NCBI GenBank assembly: GCA_002730775.1
Contig: PCAW01000037.1
Span: forward strand, 1-48,601
Reading direction: 5' to 3'
DNA: 48,601 nucleotides
Origin: Methanobacteriota archaeon
GTDB lineage: Archaea; Thermoplasmatota; Poseidoniia; Poseidoniales; Thalassarchaeaceae
Shown: positions 36,751 through 45,400 of the stretch, piece by piece
Layout: every line of letters begins with the position of its first letter
How positions within the stretch are numbered: position 1 is the stretch's first letter
The notes under the pieces: generated by a model
The model's database searches: none
Seen by the model: only the letters and a program-made list of their open reading frames with translations
What the model was told of the DNA's origin: nothing
Translations under genes and position numbers: made by a program

Positions 36751-38639
36751 TGGCCCATATTAGCGAATTAATTTCCACTGATATCGAGTCATATCTTAAA
36801 TCGCATGAAGAAAAAAGCCTACTCCGATTCATTACCTGTGGTTCTGTTGACGATGGAAAATCAACATTAATCGGACGTATGTTATTTGAGTCTCAGATGC
36901 TTTTTGATGATCAATTATCCGCACTAAAAAACGATTCGAAAAAAATAGGCACTCAAGGAAATGAAATTGATTTCGCATTATTAGTAGACGGGTTGGCCGC
37001 AGAGAGAGAGCAGGGGATTACAATTGATGTCGCATACAGATTCTTTTCTACAGATAAAAGAAAATATATCGTAGCAGATACACCAGGCCATGAAGAATAC
37101 ACTCGAAACATGGCAACGGGGGCATCCACCGCCGATGTCGCTATTATCCTAATTGATGCTGGGCAAGGAGTTCTTACTCAAACAAGAAGGCATTCATTTA
37201 TTGTTTCAATGGTTGGTGTAAAAAAGGTCTTATTAGCGGTCAATAAATTAGATTTAGTCGACTATTCAGAAGAAGTTTTCAGGCGAATAGTCTCTGATTA
37301 TTCCGACTTTGCAGAAAGCGCACTCGACATTGATTCAATCACAGCAATTCCAATTTCTGCACTGCTGGGAGACAATGTTGTAGAAAGAAGCGTGAAAACA
37401 CCTTGGTACGCTGGAGAAACTATCATGCAATATCTCGAAAATATCGAAGTTCGAAATCAGAGAAAACAGGATTCTTTCAGGATGCCAGTACAGTGGGTGA
37501 ACCGTCCGAATTCAAATTTTAGAGGTTTTTCCGGTTTAATAGCTAGCGGCGAAACGAAAATAGGTGACAAAGTCCGATTGCACCCCGGAGGTAAAGAGTC
37601 GTCTATAGCAAGTATTGTTACTTGGGAAGGTGAATTGCAACAAGCATCCGTCGGGCAATCGGTTACGATAACATTGAAAGACAAAATCGATGTTTCGAGA
37701 GGAGACACCATTGCAGTATCTACAGACCCCTGTGGAGAATCAGATCAGTTCCAATCTCGTATTTTATGGATGAGCGATAATCCTATGATTCCGGGTAGGC
37801 AGTATATTTTCAAATCAAATACGCAGACAACGACGCTAACTCTTGGGAAATTAAAACATAGAATAGATGTGAACACTCTTAATCACCTACCGGCTAAAAC
37901 TTTAGAATTGAATGAAATTGGTGTCTGTAATATTTCATTAGACAAGAGAATAGCATTTGATCCCTATGACGATAACCGAACTATGGGGGGATTCATTGTA
38001 ATAGATAGACTATCGAATAATACTGTTGGAATGGGGCTTATCGATTTCGCACTTCGCCGTTCGGAGAATATTCATTGGCAAAAAATGGATGTGTCCAAAG
38101 AGTCAAGAGCCAAACAAAAATCACAAGCCGCCCAAATAATATGGTTTACTGGCTTATCTGGTTCTGGAAAATCTTCTATTGCAAATATTCTAGAGAAGAA
38201 ATTACAAGCATTAGGAAAACACACAATCACTCTCGATGGCGATAATATGAGGCACGGACTTAACAGAGATTTAGGTTTCACCACCGCCGACCGAGTTGAA
38301 AATATCAGGAGAGTAGGAGAAGTTGCAAAGTTAATGGTAAATAGTGGGCTAATTTGCATCACATCATTCATTTCTCCTTTTGAATCAGAAAGGAAAATGG
38401 CACGTTCATTAGTCTCAGAGAATGAATTTATTGAAGTGTACATCGACACTCCATTATCGGTATGTGAAGAAAGAGACGTAAAAGGTTTGTACGCAAAGGC
38501 ACGTTCTGGAGAAATCCCTAACTTCACAGGAATATCTAGTCCCTATGAATCTCCAGAAAAACCCGAAATTAGAATCGACACCACCAAACTATCCGCCGAA
38601 GAAGCAGCTAACCAAATTATTGAATTTATTTTAGAATAA
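36750..38639 (+). CDS. cysNC: bifunctional sulfate adenylyltransferase subunit 1 / adenylylsulfate kinase
   Basis: GTPase motifs GSVDDGKST, DTPGHEEY, NKLD. C-terminal APS kinase with P-loop GLSGSGKSS. The ATG overlaps the cysD stop (TAATG). Confidence 0.92.
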   Translation: MAHISELISTDIESYLKSHEEKSLLRFITCGSVDDGKSTLIGRMLFESQMLFDDQLSALKNDSKKIGTQGNEIDFALLVDGLAAEREQGITIDVAYRFFSTDKRKYIVADTPGHEEYTRNMATGASTADVAIILIDAGQGVLTQTRRHSFIVSMVGVKKVLLAVNKLDLVDYSEEVFRRIVSDYSDFAESALDIDSITAIPISALLGDNVVERSVKTPWYAGETIMQYLENIEVRNQRKQDSFRMPVQWVNRPNSNFRGFSGLIASGETKIGDKVRLHPGGKESSIASIVTWEGELQQASVGQSVTITLKDKIDVSRGDTIAVSTDPCGESDQFQSRILWMSDNPMIPGRQYIFKSNTQTTTLTLGKLKHRIDVNTLNHLPAKTLELNEIGVCNISLDKRIAFDPYDDNRTMGGFIVIDRLSNNTVGMGLIDFALRRSENIHWQKMDVSKESRAKQKSQAAQIIWFTGLSGSGKSSIANILEKKLQALGKHTITLDGDNMRHGLNRDLGFTTADRVENIRRVGEVAKLMVNSGLICITSFISPFESERKMARSLVSENEFIEVYIDTPLSVCEERDVKGLYAKARSGEIPNFTGISSPYESPEKPEIRIDTTKLSAEEAANQIIEFILE

Positions 38640-38690
38640 TCTAATTGCTTCTGCGACGCATTCTTGACAGACGACAACTTCCGCAGTTCA

Positions 38691-39221
38691 ATGAGTGGAG
38701 TAGATAAGGCCGAATTGCAGCGTATCGCGCAACAAGTCGAACTTAACCGTCAAAGGATGGAATCAATAGAGCAACAGATGTCTCGCTTAGAACAAATCAG
38801 GCTGGAACAACTCCAAACTATCGAAACATTGTCAGCAATTCCGGACGATGGAGCCAAAGGGGCGATGATCCCTTTGGGTTCTGGTGTTCAAATTGTCGCA
38901 GATATTCCTCCAAAGACAGGGGCTGTAATTGATATTGGAAGTAGAGTACAAGCGGAAAAACCTCTCGAAGAAGCAATCGAAATTTTAACTACAAGAACAG
39001 AAGAAATTCTTGATATAATGAATAAAATGAAAATCGAGTTCGCATCTATTGAAGAAACTACAATTTCATTGGCCAACGTTTTCAACGAACAGATAGCCAC
39101 ATTGCAACCAGAAACTACTCAGGAAATACCAGAAAAAAACAACGAACTGAAAGCAACTACACCGAATAAAGAACCACGTAAAAAGAGGAAGCGCGGTACA
39201 GAATTAACTCTTGATGATTGA
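38691..39221 (+). CDS. pfdA: prefoldin alpha subunit with basic C-terminal extension
   Basis: Coiled coil, two beta-hairpins (MIPLGSGVQIVADI, AVIDIGSRVQAEK), then coiled coil, collinear with archaeal PfdA. ATG at 38691 (the track start at 38664 is TTG). Confidence 0.8.
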   Translation: MSGVDKAELQRIAQQVELNRQRMESIEQQMSRLEQIRLEQLQTIETLSAIPDDGAKGAMIPLGSGVQIVADIPPKTGAVIDIGSRVQAEKPLEEAIEILTTRTEEILDIMNKMKIEFASIEETTISLANVFNEQIATLQPETTQEIPEKNNELKATTPNKEPRKKRKRGTELTLDD

Positions 39222-39229
39222 GTGATAAT

Positions 39230-40504
39230 ATGGGATTATTCGACCGTTTCAAGAAGAAAACAAAAGATGCGGTCGATAGAAACGAGATAACAGTTGAAGA
39301 GGGAACAAACGAGGCAGCAGAGGTTCTCCAGAAAAGAGAAGAATTAATGTCAGCTATAGAGAAACTAAAAAGTAGCGATTCCTCTATTGATAACATGCAG
39401 TTTTTAGAAACAAAAGAAGATGAATGGGATGATTTTTCCGATGAAAAACCCACGAATCCATTTTCCAAAGAAACGAATAAAAAAACTAGGAAAATTGCCC
39501 GAAAGGCAGAAAAAATTGACCGTATTAAATCAATACAGTCAGTTCAAAAAAAACCAATCGATCGTATGAAAACAACTACAGGAAGAAAATTAGTACCGGT
39601 TGTAAAAGAATTTGAAATAGACTTATCAAACGCTAAAGTAACTAAGGGCGGCCAAATAATTCGTGGAGGGCCCGTTTTAGATAAGATACTGTTTGAACTT
39701 GAAGAAGAACTGTTACAATCTGACATGGGGCATTCAGCAGTCATGGAAGTGATAAGTACATTGAAGGCCAATTTAATAGGTTCACGAATCGATATGCGGA
39801 TAGGATTAGAAAGCATCGTGGAAAAAATAGTTTACAAATCATTACAAAATTTACTTGAAGCTGGATACTGGGATTTCGATAGAACAATTCATTCCTTTGT
39901 AACTGAAGAAACCCCTGTCTCAATAATGATAGTTGGTGTTAACGGCACCGGTAAAACTACTACTACAGCAAAAATAGCGCATCGACTTACAGAACAAGGC
40001 TATTCTGTAGTTCTAGCCGCAGCAGATACATTCCGTGCAGGAGCCATAGATCAACTTGCAACACACGCAGAAAGAATCGGTGTTAGATGCATTAAAAGTC
40101 AGAGAGGAGGAGATTCTGCAGCAATTTCTAGAGATGCTATAGAAAGTGCCAAAGCCAGGGGAGATGATATTGTAATTATTGATACTGCTGGTAGAATGCA
40201 AAATAAAACAAATTTAATGGAAGAACTCAGGAAAGTGCATAGAATTACCCAACCCCATTTGGTATTATTCGTTGCTGATGCATTGGCAGGAAACGATGCT
40301 GTGACTCAGGCCAAAGAGTTCCAAAGAATATTAAATTTTGATGGTGTCGCATTGTGTAAATTAGATACCGATGCCAAAGGGGGCGCCGCTCTTTCAATAG
40401 CACATGCTACAGGCAGACCAATCGTTTTAGCAGGAGTCGGACAAGGCTATGATGATTTGAAGGATTTCGACCCAGAATGGTTCTTAGACTCAATCCTAGA
40501 ATGA
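39230..40504 (+). CDS. ftsY: signal recognition particle receptor FtsY
   Basis: N-terminus MGLFDRFKKK. NG domain GVNGTGKTTT, DTAGR, KLDTDAKGG. ATG at 39230 (the track TTG at 39218 overlaps the pfdA stop). Confidence 0.92.
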   Translation: MGLFDRFKKKTKDAVDRNEITVEEGTNEAAEVLQKREELMSAIEKLKSSDSSIDNMQFLETKEDEWDDFSDEKPTNPFSKETNKKTRKIARKAEKIDRIKSIQSVQKKPIDRMKTTTGRKLVPVVKEFEIDLSNAKVTKGGQIIRGGPVLDKILFELEEELLQSDMGHSAVMEVISTLKANLIGSRIDMRIGLESIVEKIVYKSLQNLLEAGYWDFDRTIHSFVTEETPVSIMIVGVNGTGKTTTTAKIAHRLTEQGYSVVLAAADTFRAGAIDQLATHAERIGVRCIKSQRGGDSAAISRDAIESAKARGDDIVIIDTAGRMQNKTNLMEELRKVHRITQPHLVLFVADALAGNDAVTQAKEFQRILNFDGVALCKLDTDAKGGAALSIAHATGRPIVLAGVGQGYDDLKDFDPEWFLDSILE

Positions 40505-40553
40505 CTTTCGCACCGCGTCTTTCATGTATCATACCCCTTGTGTGCGGTTTGAG

Positions 40554-41195
40554 ATGTCACGTGTAGCTCTTGTTGTAGTTGGCAATTCTATCTTAGAGGG
40601 TAGGCTAAGGAACATAATGTCTCGGAGAGACTGGAGCGTTGAAATCTGTCATGATGGAGATAAAGCAGTAGACGAATATGTTCGTTTAGAGCCTGAACTG
40701 GTATTTCTCACACTAGATTTACCAACAATCGACGGCCATATTGCCGCACTTGAAATGAGAGAGACAGACCCTAAAGCCCGTATCATCTTTGTATCTAGCA
40801 AAACGAGATTATCAAAAACTCAGGACGCAGCATATTCTTCAGGAGCAGTCCTTACACTCGTCACCCCTGTCGCATTTAGTGATATAGATGAAAAATGGGA
40901 AGAAATTATGGGAGATATTCCTGAGGCCCCCGGTCTTCCTGATTTGGATGCCTTGTATCCGGAGTTAGAAGAGCCAGAGCCAGTATTGCCACCTCTTCCT
41001 GAACTTCCTCCTCTACCTCCTCTACCTGTAGAGCCGCAAACTCTAATTGAAAAACCAAAGAAAAAACGCGGACAGAAATTAAAGTTACTAATCTTGTTAA
41101 CAATTCTTATTGGTTCAGGATTAGGCATAGCTCACTATTTGGAATATATCGATATTAAAGAGTTTTATGACAATTTACTCGGTTTTTTCAACTAG
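40554..41195 (+). CDS. receiver (CheY-like) domain protein lacking key phospho-chemistry residues, Pro-rich linker, C-terminal TM anchor
   Basis: VALVVVGNS...ELVFLTLDLPTIDG...RIIFVSS...LTLVTPV follows the REC beta-alpha order. Then PPLPELPPLPPLP, KKKRGQK and helix LLILLTILIGSGLGIAHYL. Confidence 0.6.
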   Translation: MSRVALVVVGNSILEGRLRNIMSRRDWSVEICHDGDKAVDEYVRLEPELVFLTLDLPTIDGHIAALEMRETDPKARIIFVSSKTRLSKTQDAAYSSGAVLTLVTPVAFSDIDEKWEEIMGDIPEAPGLPDLDALYPELEEPEPVLPPLPELPPLPPLPVEPQTLIEKPKKKRGQKLKLLILLTILIGSGLGIAHYLEYIDIKEFYDNLLGFFN

Positions 41196-41426
41196 GATAG
41201 CAGGCACAGAATCTACAAATGAGCTTCCTTTTGGAGCACTAGTCAGGACTTCAATTTTTACCGTAGAGTCATTCAACAACGTTTCATCATTATTGTCTAG
41301 TCGATAATTAAGTCGCCAGCGTTTTAGAACTTCTCTTGCAAGAATGAATATTGTAAGAAGCGAGATCCCAATTGCAGCAAACCAGTATGTTGCATACAGG
41401 GCAAGTTCTTCAATTGGTGTAGACAT
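41175..41426 (-). CDS. small single-TM protein, translationally abutting pyrF
   Basis: 83 aa with helix LALYATYWFAAIGISLLTIFILA. The ATG at 41426 directly follows the pyrF stop (TAA-ATG). The 3' end overlaps the convergent REC-like gene by 21 nt. Confidence 0.4.
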   Translation of the reverse strand: MSTPIEELALYATYWFAAIGISLLTIFILAREVLKRWRLNYRLDNNDETLLNDSTVKIEVLTSAPKGSSFVDSVPAILVEKTE

Positions 41427-42227
41427 TTATTTTCCTCGTTCAAGAATTGCTTCCCATGAAGCATCGGCATATGCCTTTGCAGCTGTAACACGATCACTTT
41501 GACCATGAATTCCTGAACCAACAATAATGATATCTGCTCCCGATGTTATACTATCTTTAGGATTTCCATATCTCTGACCCATTTTTCCCGCTCCAGAATC
41601 TAGGTTGATACCTGGTGTCCAAATCATTTGACTCTCTCCCACTAAAGACCTCAATTGAATTATTTCTTCAGTAGAACTTCCGTTACCAATGTATCCAATT
41701 ACATGAGGCGAGCCCTTACCTGTTTCAATAGTGTTTTTTGTGTAATCAGGACTTAGAAGGTTACCACGACTTGACATTTGTGCTAATAGCAAAATACCTC
41801 CAATCCGTTCTACATCTGCCCAACCTGCTGCAATCCCATCTACAATATCTGGGCCCGAAATTCGATGTGCTGTTACAATATCTGCCCAAGAACGAATATC
41901 ATAAATTCCGGCCATTTGATTTTGTGATATTTTTCCAATATCGGCAAATTTTCTATCTTCAAAGAGTAATAAATCTAAGGAAGCTGCTAATTCTGTTAAT
42001 TTCCTCCAATCATCTCTATTGAAATCCTTTACCATGTCTACATGAGTTTTCAAAGCTGCAATATATGGTCCTACTTCCGTAATTAATTCAATTAAATCAG
42101 AGATAGATTCCATGTCTGCTGCTAGACATACAAGCGATTTCTTTTTTGTAGCGACTTCCATAATACGATGAGCCAAAGGATTTGCGCAATTTTCCCATCT
42201 TGAACCCCATACTGTCTGAGCCTCCAT
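41427..42227 (-). CDS. pyrF: orotidine 5'-phosphate decarboxylase, long URA3-like type
   Basis: LVCLAADM, LKTHVDMV, LLFEDRKFADIG, ADIIIVGSGI. Collinear with my recollection of yeast URA3. ATG at 42227 (the track start at 42239 is GTG). Confidence 0.88.
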   Translation of the reverse strand: MEAQTVWGSRWENCANPLAHRIMEVATKKKSLVCLAADMESISDLIELITEVGPYIAALKTHVDMVKDFNRDDWRKLTELAASLDLLLFEDRKFADIGKISQNQMAGIYDIRSWADIVTAHRISGPDIVDGIAAGWADVERIGGILLLAQMSSRGNLLSPDYTKNTIETGKGSPHVIGYIGNGSSTEEIIQLRSLVGESQMIWTPGINLDSGAGKMGQRYGNPKDSITSGADIIIVGSGIHGQSDRVTAAKAYADASWEAILERGK

Positions 42228-42352
42228 GTTTCCAAACACATACCATAGGTATGTTAACTCATCGCCTATTTTTATGAGATTAAGCCTATGCTTCGCACCA
42301 CTTTGATTATTGACGAGTTGTTACGGGAACTACTCATAGGCGGCGGAACCAG

Positions 42353-45300
42353 ATGGGCCAAGTACAATTTTTCAACTTTCAAGTTGCCACTCGAGACATA
42401 GAAGGTTTGACCGATGCTCGCGGGGAATCAATCAAAGCAATGTTGAAATCAGATTATTCTATTTTAGTAAATTCTGTAAGGGTGATATTAGGTTATCAGG
42501 TAAAATCAAATATTTCTGAGAAAGAAGCAGAACGCGCGATATACGACTTATTCGCAGACCCTATTATTGAGTTCGGTACTTTGAATCAATCATTAATAGA
42601 CAATAAAAAATTATTTCCGAAATCTCCTGAAATAGCAATCACCGTTGGATTCAAACCGGGTGTTACAGATAATGCAGGACAAGCAGGTTTAGACGGTTTA
42701 ACGACAATTTTTCCAGAAGTTACGGAAGAATCTCAAGTTTCTACAACTATGACGTATTTATTTTGGGGTGTTCCGAACGATGTTACACCAACGTGGTTGG
42801 CCAGTAAGTTGCACAATCAAATGATTGAACGAGCTAGTATTTCTGATAGAAAAGAATGTTTAAACTCAAACTGGCCAAAATTAGATTTTCCAGAGAGACC
42901 GGTGTTGATGGAACAACCATCGTCAACAGTCAATCTAGAAGTAAGCGATGAAGAATTAATTGAAATTAGCGAAAAGGGACTTTTAGCCTTAAATTTAGAA
43001 GAAATGAAAGCAATACAAGCCAATTATAGAAAACCTACAGTGCGTTCTGCAAGAAAGAAATTAGGTCTTCCAGAAAACGCTCCAACGGATGCAGAACTTG
43101 AGTGCCTTGCCCAAACATGGTCGGAACATTGCTGTCACAAAATATTTGCAGCCAACATCCATCATGTAGATCATGAGACCGGTGAAGATACTTACATTGA
43201 TTCATTATTCAAAACTCATATTATGAAACCAACATTGGATATACAATCAGAAGTTGATTGGTTGCTGAGTATATTTCATGACAACTCAGGAGTAATTGCT
43301 TGGAATGATTCATGGAGTCTATGTATCAAAGCAGAGACTCATAATTCTCCAAGTGCTCTAGATCCTTATGGAGGTGCAATGACAGGAATAGTAGGGGTAA
43401 ATCGCGATATCTTGGGTACTGGTTTAGGTGCAAGACCAATAGCTAATACAGATGTATTTTGTTTCGGCCCACCAGATTATTCTGGTTACTTGCCTGAAGG
43501 CTTATTCCATCCTTCTAGGGTATTCCGAGGAGTACACGCAGGAGTACGAGCAGGTGGTAACGAGTCAGGAATTCCGACTGTAAACGGGGCAATTGTTTTT
43601 GATGAGAGATATTTAGGTAAACCATTAGTTTACTGCGGAACCGTTGGCATAATGCCTAGGAAACTACCCGATGGAAGACAGAGCCATGCTAAGACTCCAA
43701 AACCGGGCAATATCATTTACATGGTTGGTGGAAGAGTTGGCAGCGACGGAATCCACGGGGCAACATTTTCGAGTCTTGAATTGACAGAAGATAGCCCTTC
43801 CTCTGCAGTTCAGATAGGAGACCCAATCACTCAAAAGAAAATGATAGATATGGTTTTGGAAGCTAGAGACCTAGGATTAATACAGGTAATCACTGATAAT
43901 GGTGCAGGCGGGCTATCTAGTAGTGTTGGTGAATTAGCAGAATTAACCGGCGGTGCAGATTTAGATTTAGGAGCAGTACCTCTGAAACAACCTGGATTGA
44001 GCAAATGGGAGATATTAGTTTCAGAATCCCAAGAGAGGATGACAATCGGCATCAATCCCGAAGACTGTGAAGCGTTTGAAAAATTAGCAAGGTTACACGA
44101 AGTCGAAGCCACTGCAGTAGGCAAATTTACAGATTCAGGCGCGTTTGTTGTACGTTATGGTGCTGAAACAGTTGCTCATTTACCAATCTCGTTCTTACAT
44201 GATGGCTGCCCTCAATTACAATTGGAATCAGAATGGCAAGAACCAAAACATCGTCCAATTATATTCCCATCCGCAGGTGCAGTTGAGATGGGAAAAATCC
44301 TATCGAGATTGATGGCGAGGCCTAACGTTGCTAGTAAAGAATGGTGGGTGAGGTCATATGATCACGAAGTCATTGCCCAGTCAGTCATCAAACCATTTTG
44401 TGGAGTAAATCACGATGCTCCGGGAGATGCAGCGGTAATCGCGCCAATTCAAGGAAAAACACAAGGAGCGGTGATTTCAAACGGAATTGTTCCAAGGTAT
44501 TCAGACATTGATTCGTATGCTATGGCGGCAGCCAGTATAGATGAGGCGTTACGAAATGCAGTATGTGTAGGTGTAGATTTAGAATTAATCGCCGGCCTTG
44601 ACAATTTTTGCTGGCCAGATCCTGTAGAATCCGCGAAAACACCCGATGGACGATATAAATTAGCACAATTAGTTAGAGCAAACAGAGCATTAGATGAAGT
44701 ATGTAGAGCCTATAACCTACCATGTATAAGTGGTAAAGATTCTATGAAAAATGATGCTACATTAGATGGTGAAAAAATCAGTGTTCCTCCCACGCTTTTA
44801 TTCAGCTTAATTGGCAATCACTCGGATGTGAGAAAGGCGGTATCCAGTGACTTCAAACAAGTTGGAGACATGATATATCTTATCGGAGAAACTCACCAAG
44901 AGTTGGGTGCTAGCGAATTAGCTTTCATGTTACGTGATGAATCAAATGGAGAGAGTGGAATCGGAGGACGAGTTCCACAGATTGACACATCTAGAAATTT
45001 ATCACTCTATCATAGTCTGACGAAAGCCATGTCAAATGAATTAGTTTCAAGTGCTCATGATTGTAGTGATGCCGGACTTGCGGCTGCAGTAGCAGAATGT
45101 TGTTTTGGATGTGACTCAGGTGCTGATTTAGATATTTCAGATATATTCCATGCAGATATTAATTTGAATGACTGGGGGGCTCTATTCGGGGAGAGCCTTG
45201 GTAGAATTTTAGTTAGCGTAAAACCAGAAAATTCTAAACTTTTTGAGGCTTCTATGGAAGGACATGAATGTAATTACTTAGGTAAAGTTAGCTCTAACGA

Positions 45301-45400
45301 TGAAATAATAATTACAAGCTCAAACAGTCCTGTTTTGGCTGCTTCAATGTCTGAACTTAGAGACTCTTGGAAAGGCACCTTGAACGGAGGTAGAAATTAA
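42353..45400 (+). CDS. purL: phosphoribosylformylglycinamidine synthase, synthetase subunit with fused PurS-like N-terminal domain
   Basis: WSEHCCHKIF, ETHNSPSALDPYGGAMTG and duplicated AIR-synthase-like domains. About 200 extra N-terminal residues with two PurS-like modules. 1015 aa. Confidence 0.9.
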   Translation: MGQVQFFNFQVATRDIEGLTDARGESIKAMLKSDYSILVNSVRVILGYQVKSNISEKEAERAIYDLFADPIIEFGTLNQSLIDNKKLFPKSPEIAITVGFKPGVTDNAGQAGLDGLTTIFPEVTEESQVSTTMTYLFWGVPNDVTPTWLASKLHNQMIERASISDRKECLNSNWPKLDFPERPVLMEQPSSTVNLEVSDEELIEISEKGLLALNLEEMKAIQANYRKPTVRSARKKLGLPENAPTDAELECLAQTWSEHCCHKIFAANIHHVDHETGEDTYIDSLFKTHIMKPTLDIQSEVDWLLSIFHDNSGVIAWNDSWSLCIKAETHNSPSALDPYGGAMTGIVGVNRDILGTGLGARPIANTDVFCFGPPDYSGYLPEGLFHPSRVFRGVHAGVRAGGNESGIPTVNGAIVFDERYLGKPLVYCGTVGIMPRKLPDGRQSHAKTPKPGNIIYMVGGRVGSDGIHGATFSSLELTEDSPSSAVQIGDPITQKKMIDMVLEARDLGLIQVITDNGAGGLSSSVGELAELTGGADLDLGAVPLKQPGLSKWEILVSESQERMTIGINPEDCEAFEKLARLHEVEATAVGKFTDSGAFVVRYGAETVAHLPISFLHDGCPQLQLESEWQEPKHRPIIFPSAGAVEMGKILSRLMARPNVASKEWWVRSYDHEVIAQSVIKPFCGVNHDAPGDAAVIAPIQGKTQGAVISNGIVPRYSDIDSYAMAAASIDEALRNAVCVGVDLELIAGLDNFCWPDPVESAKTPDGRYKLAQLVRANRALDEVCRAYNLPCISGKDSMKNDATLDGEKISVPPTLLFSLIGNHSDVRKAVSSDFKQVGDMIYLIGETHQELGASELAFMLRDESNGESGIGGRVPQIDTSRNLSLYHSLTKAMSNELVSSAHDCSDAGLAAAVAECCFGCDSGADLDISDIFHADINLNDWGALFGESLGRILVSVKPENSKLFEASMEGHECNYLGKVSSNDEIIITSSNSPVLAASMSELRDSWKGTLNGGRN

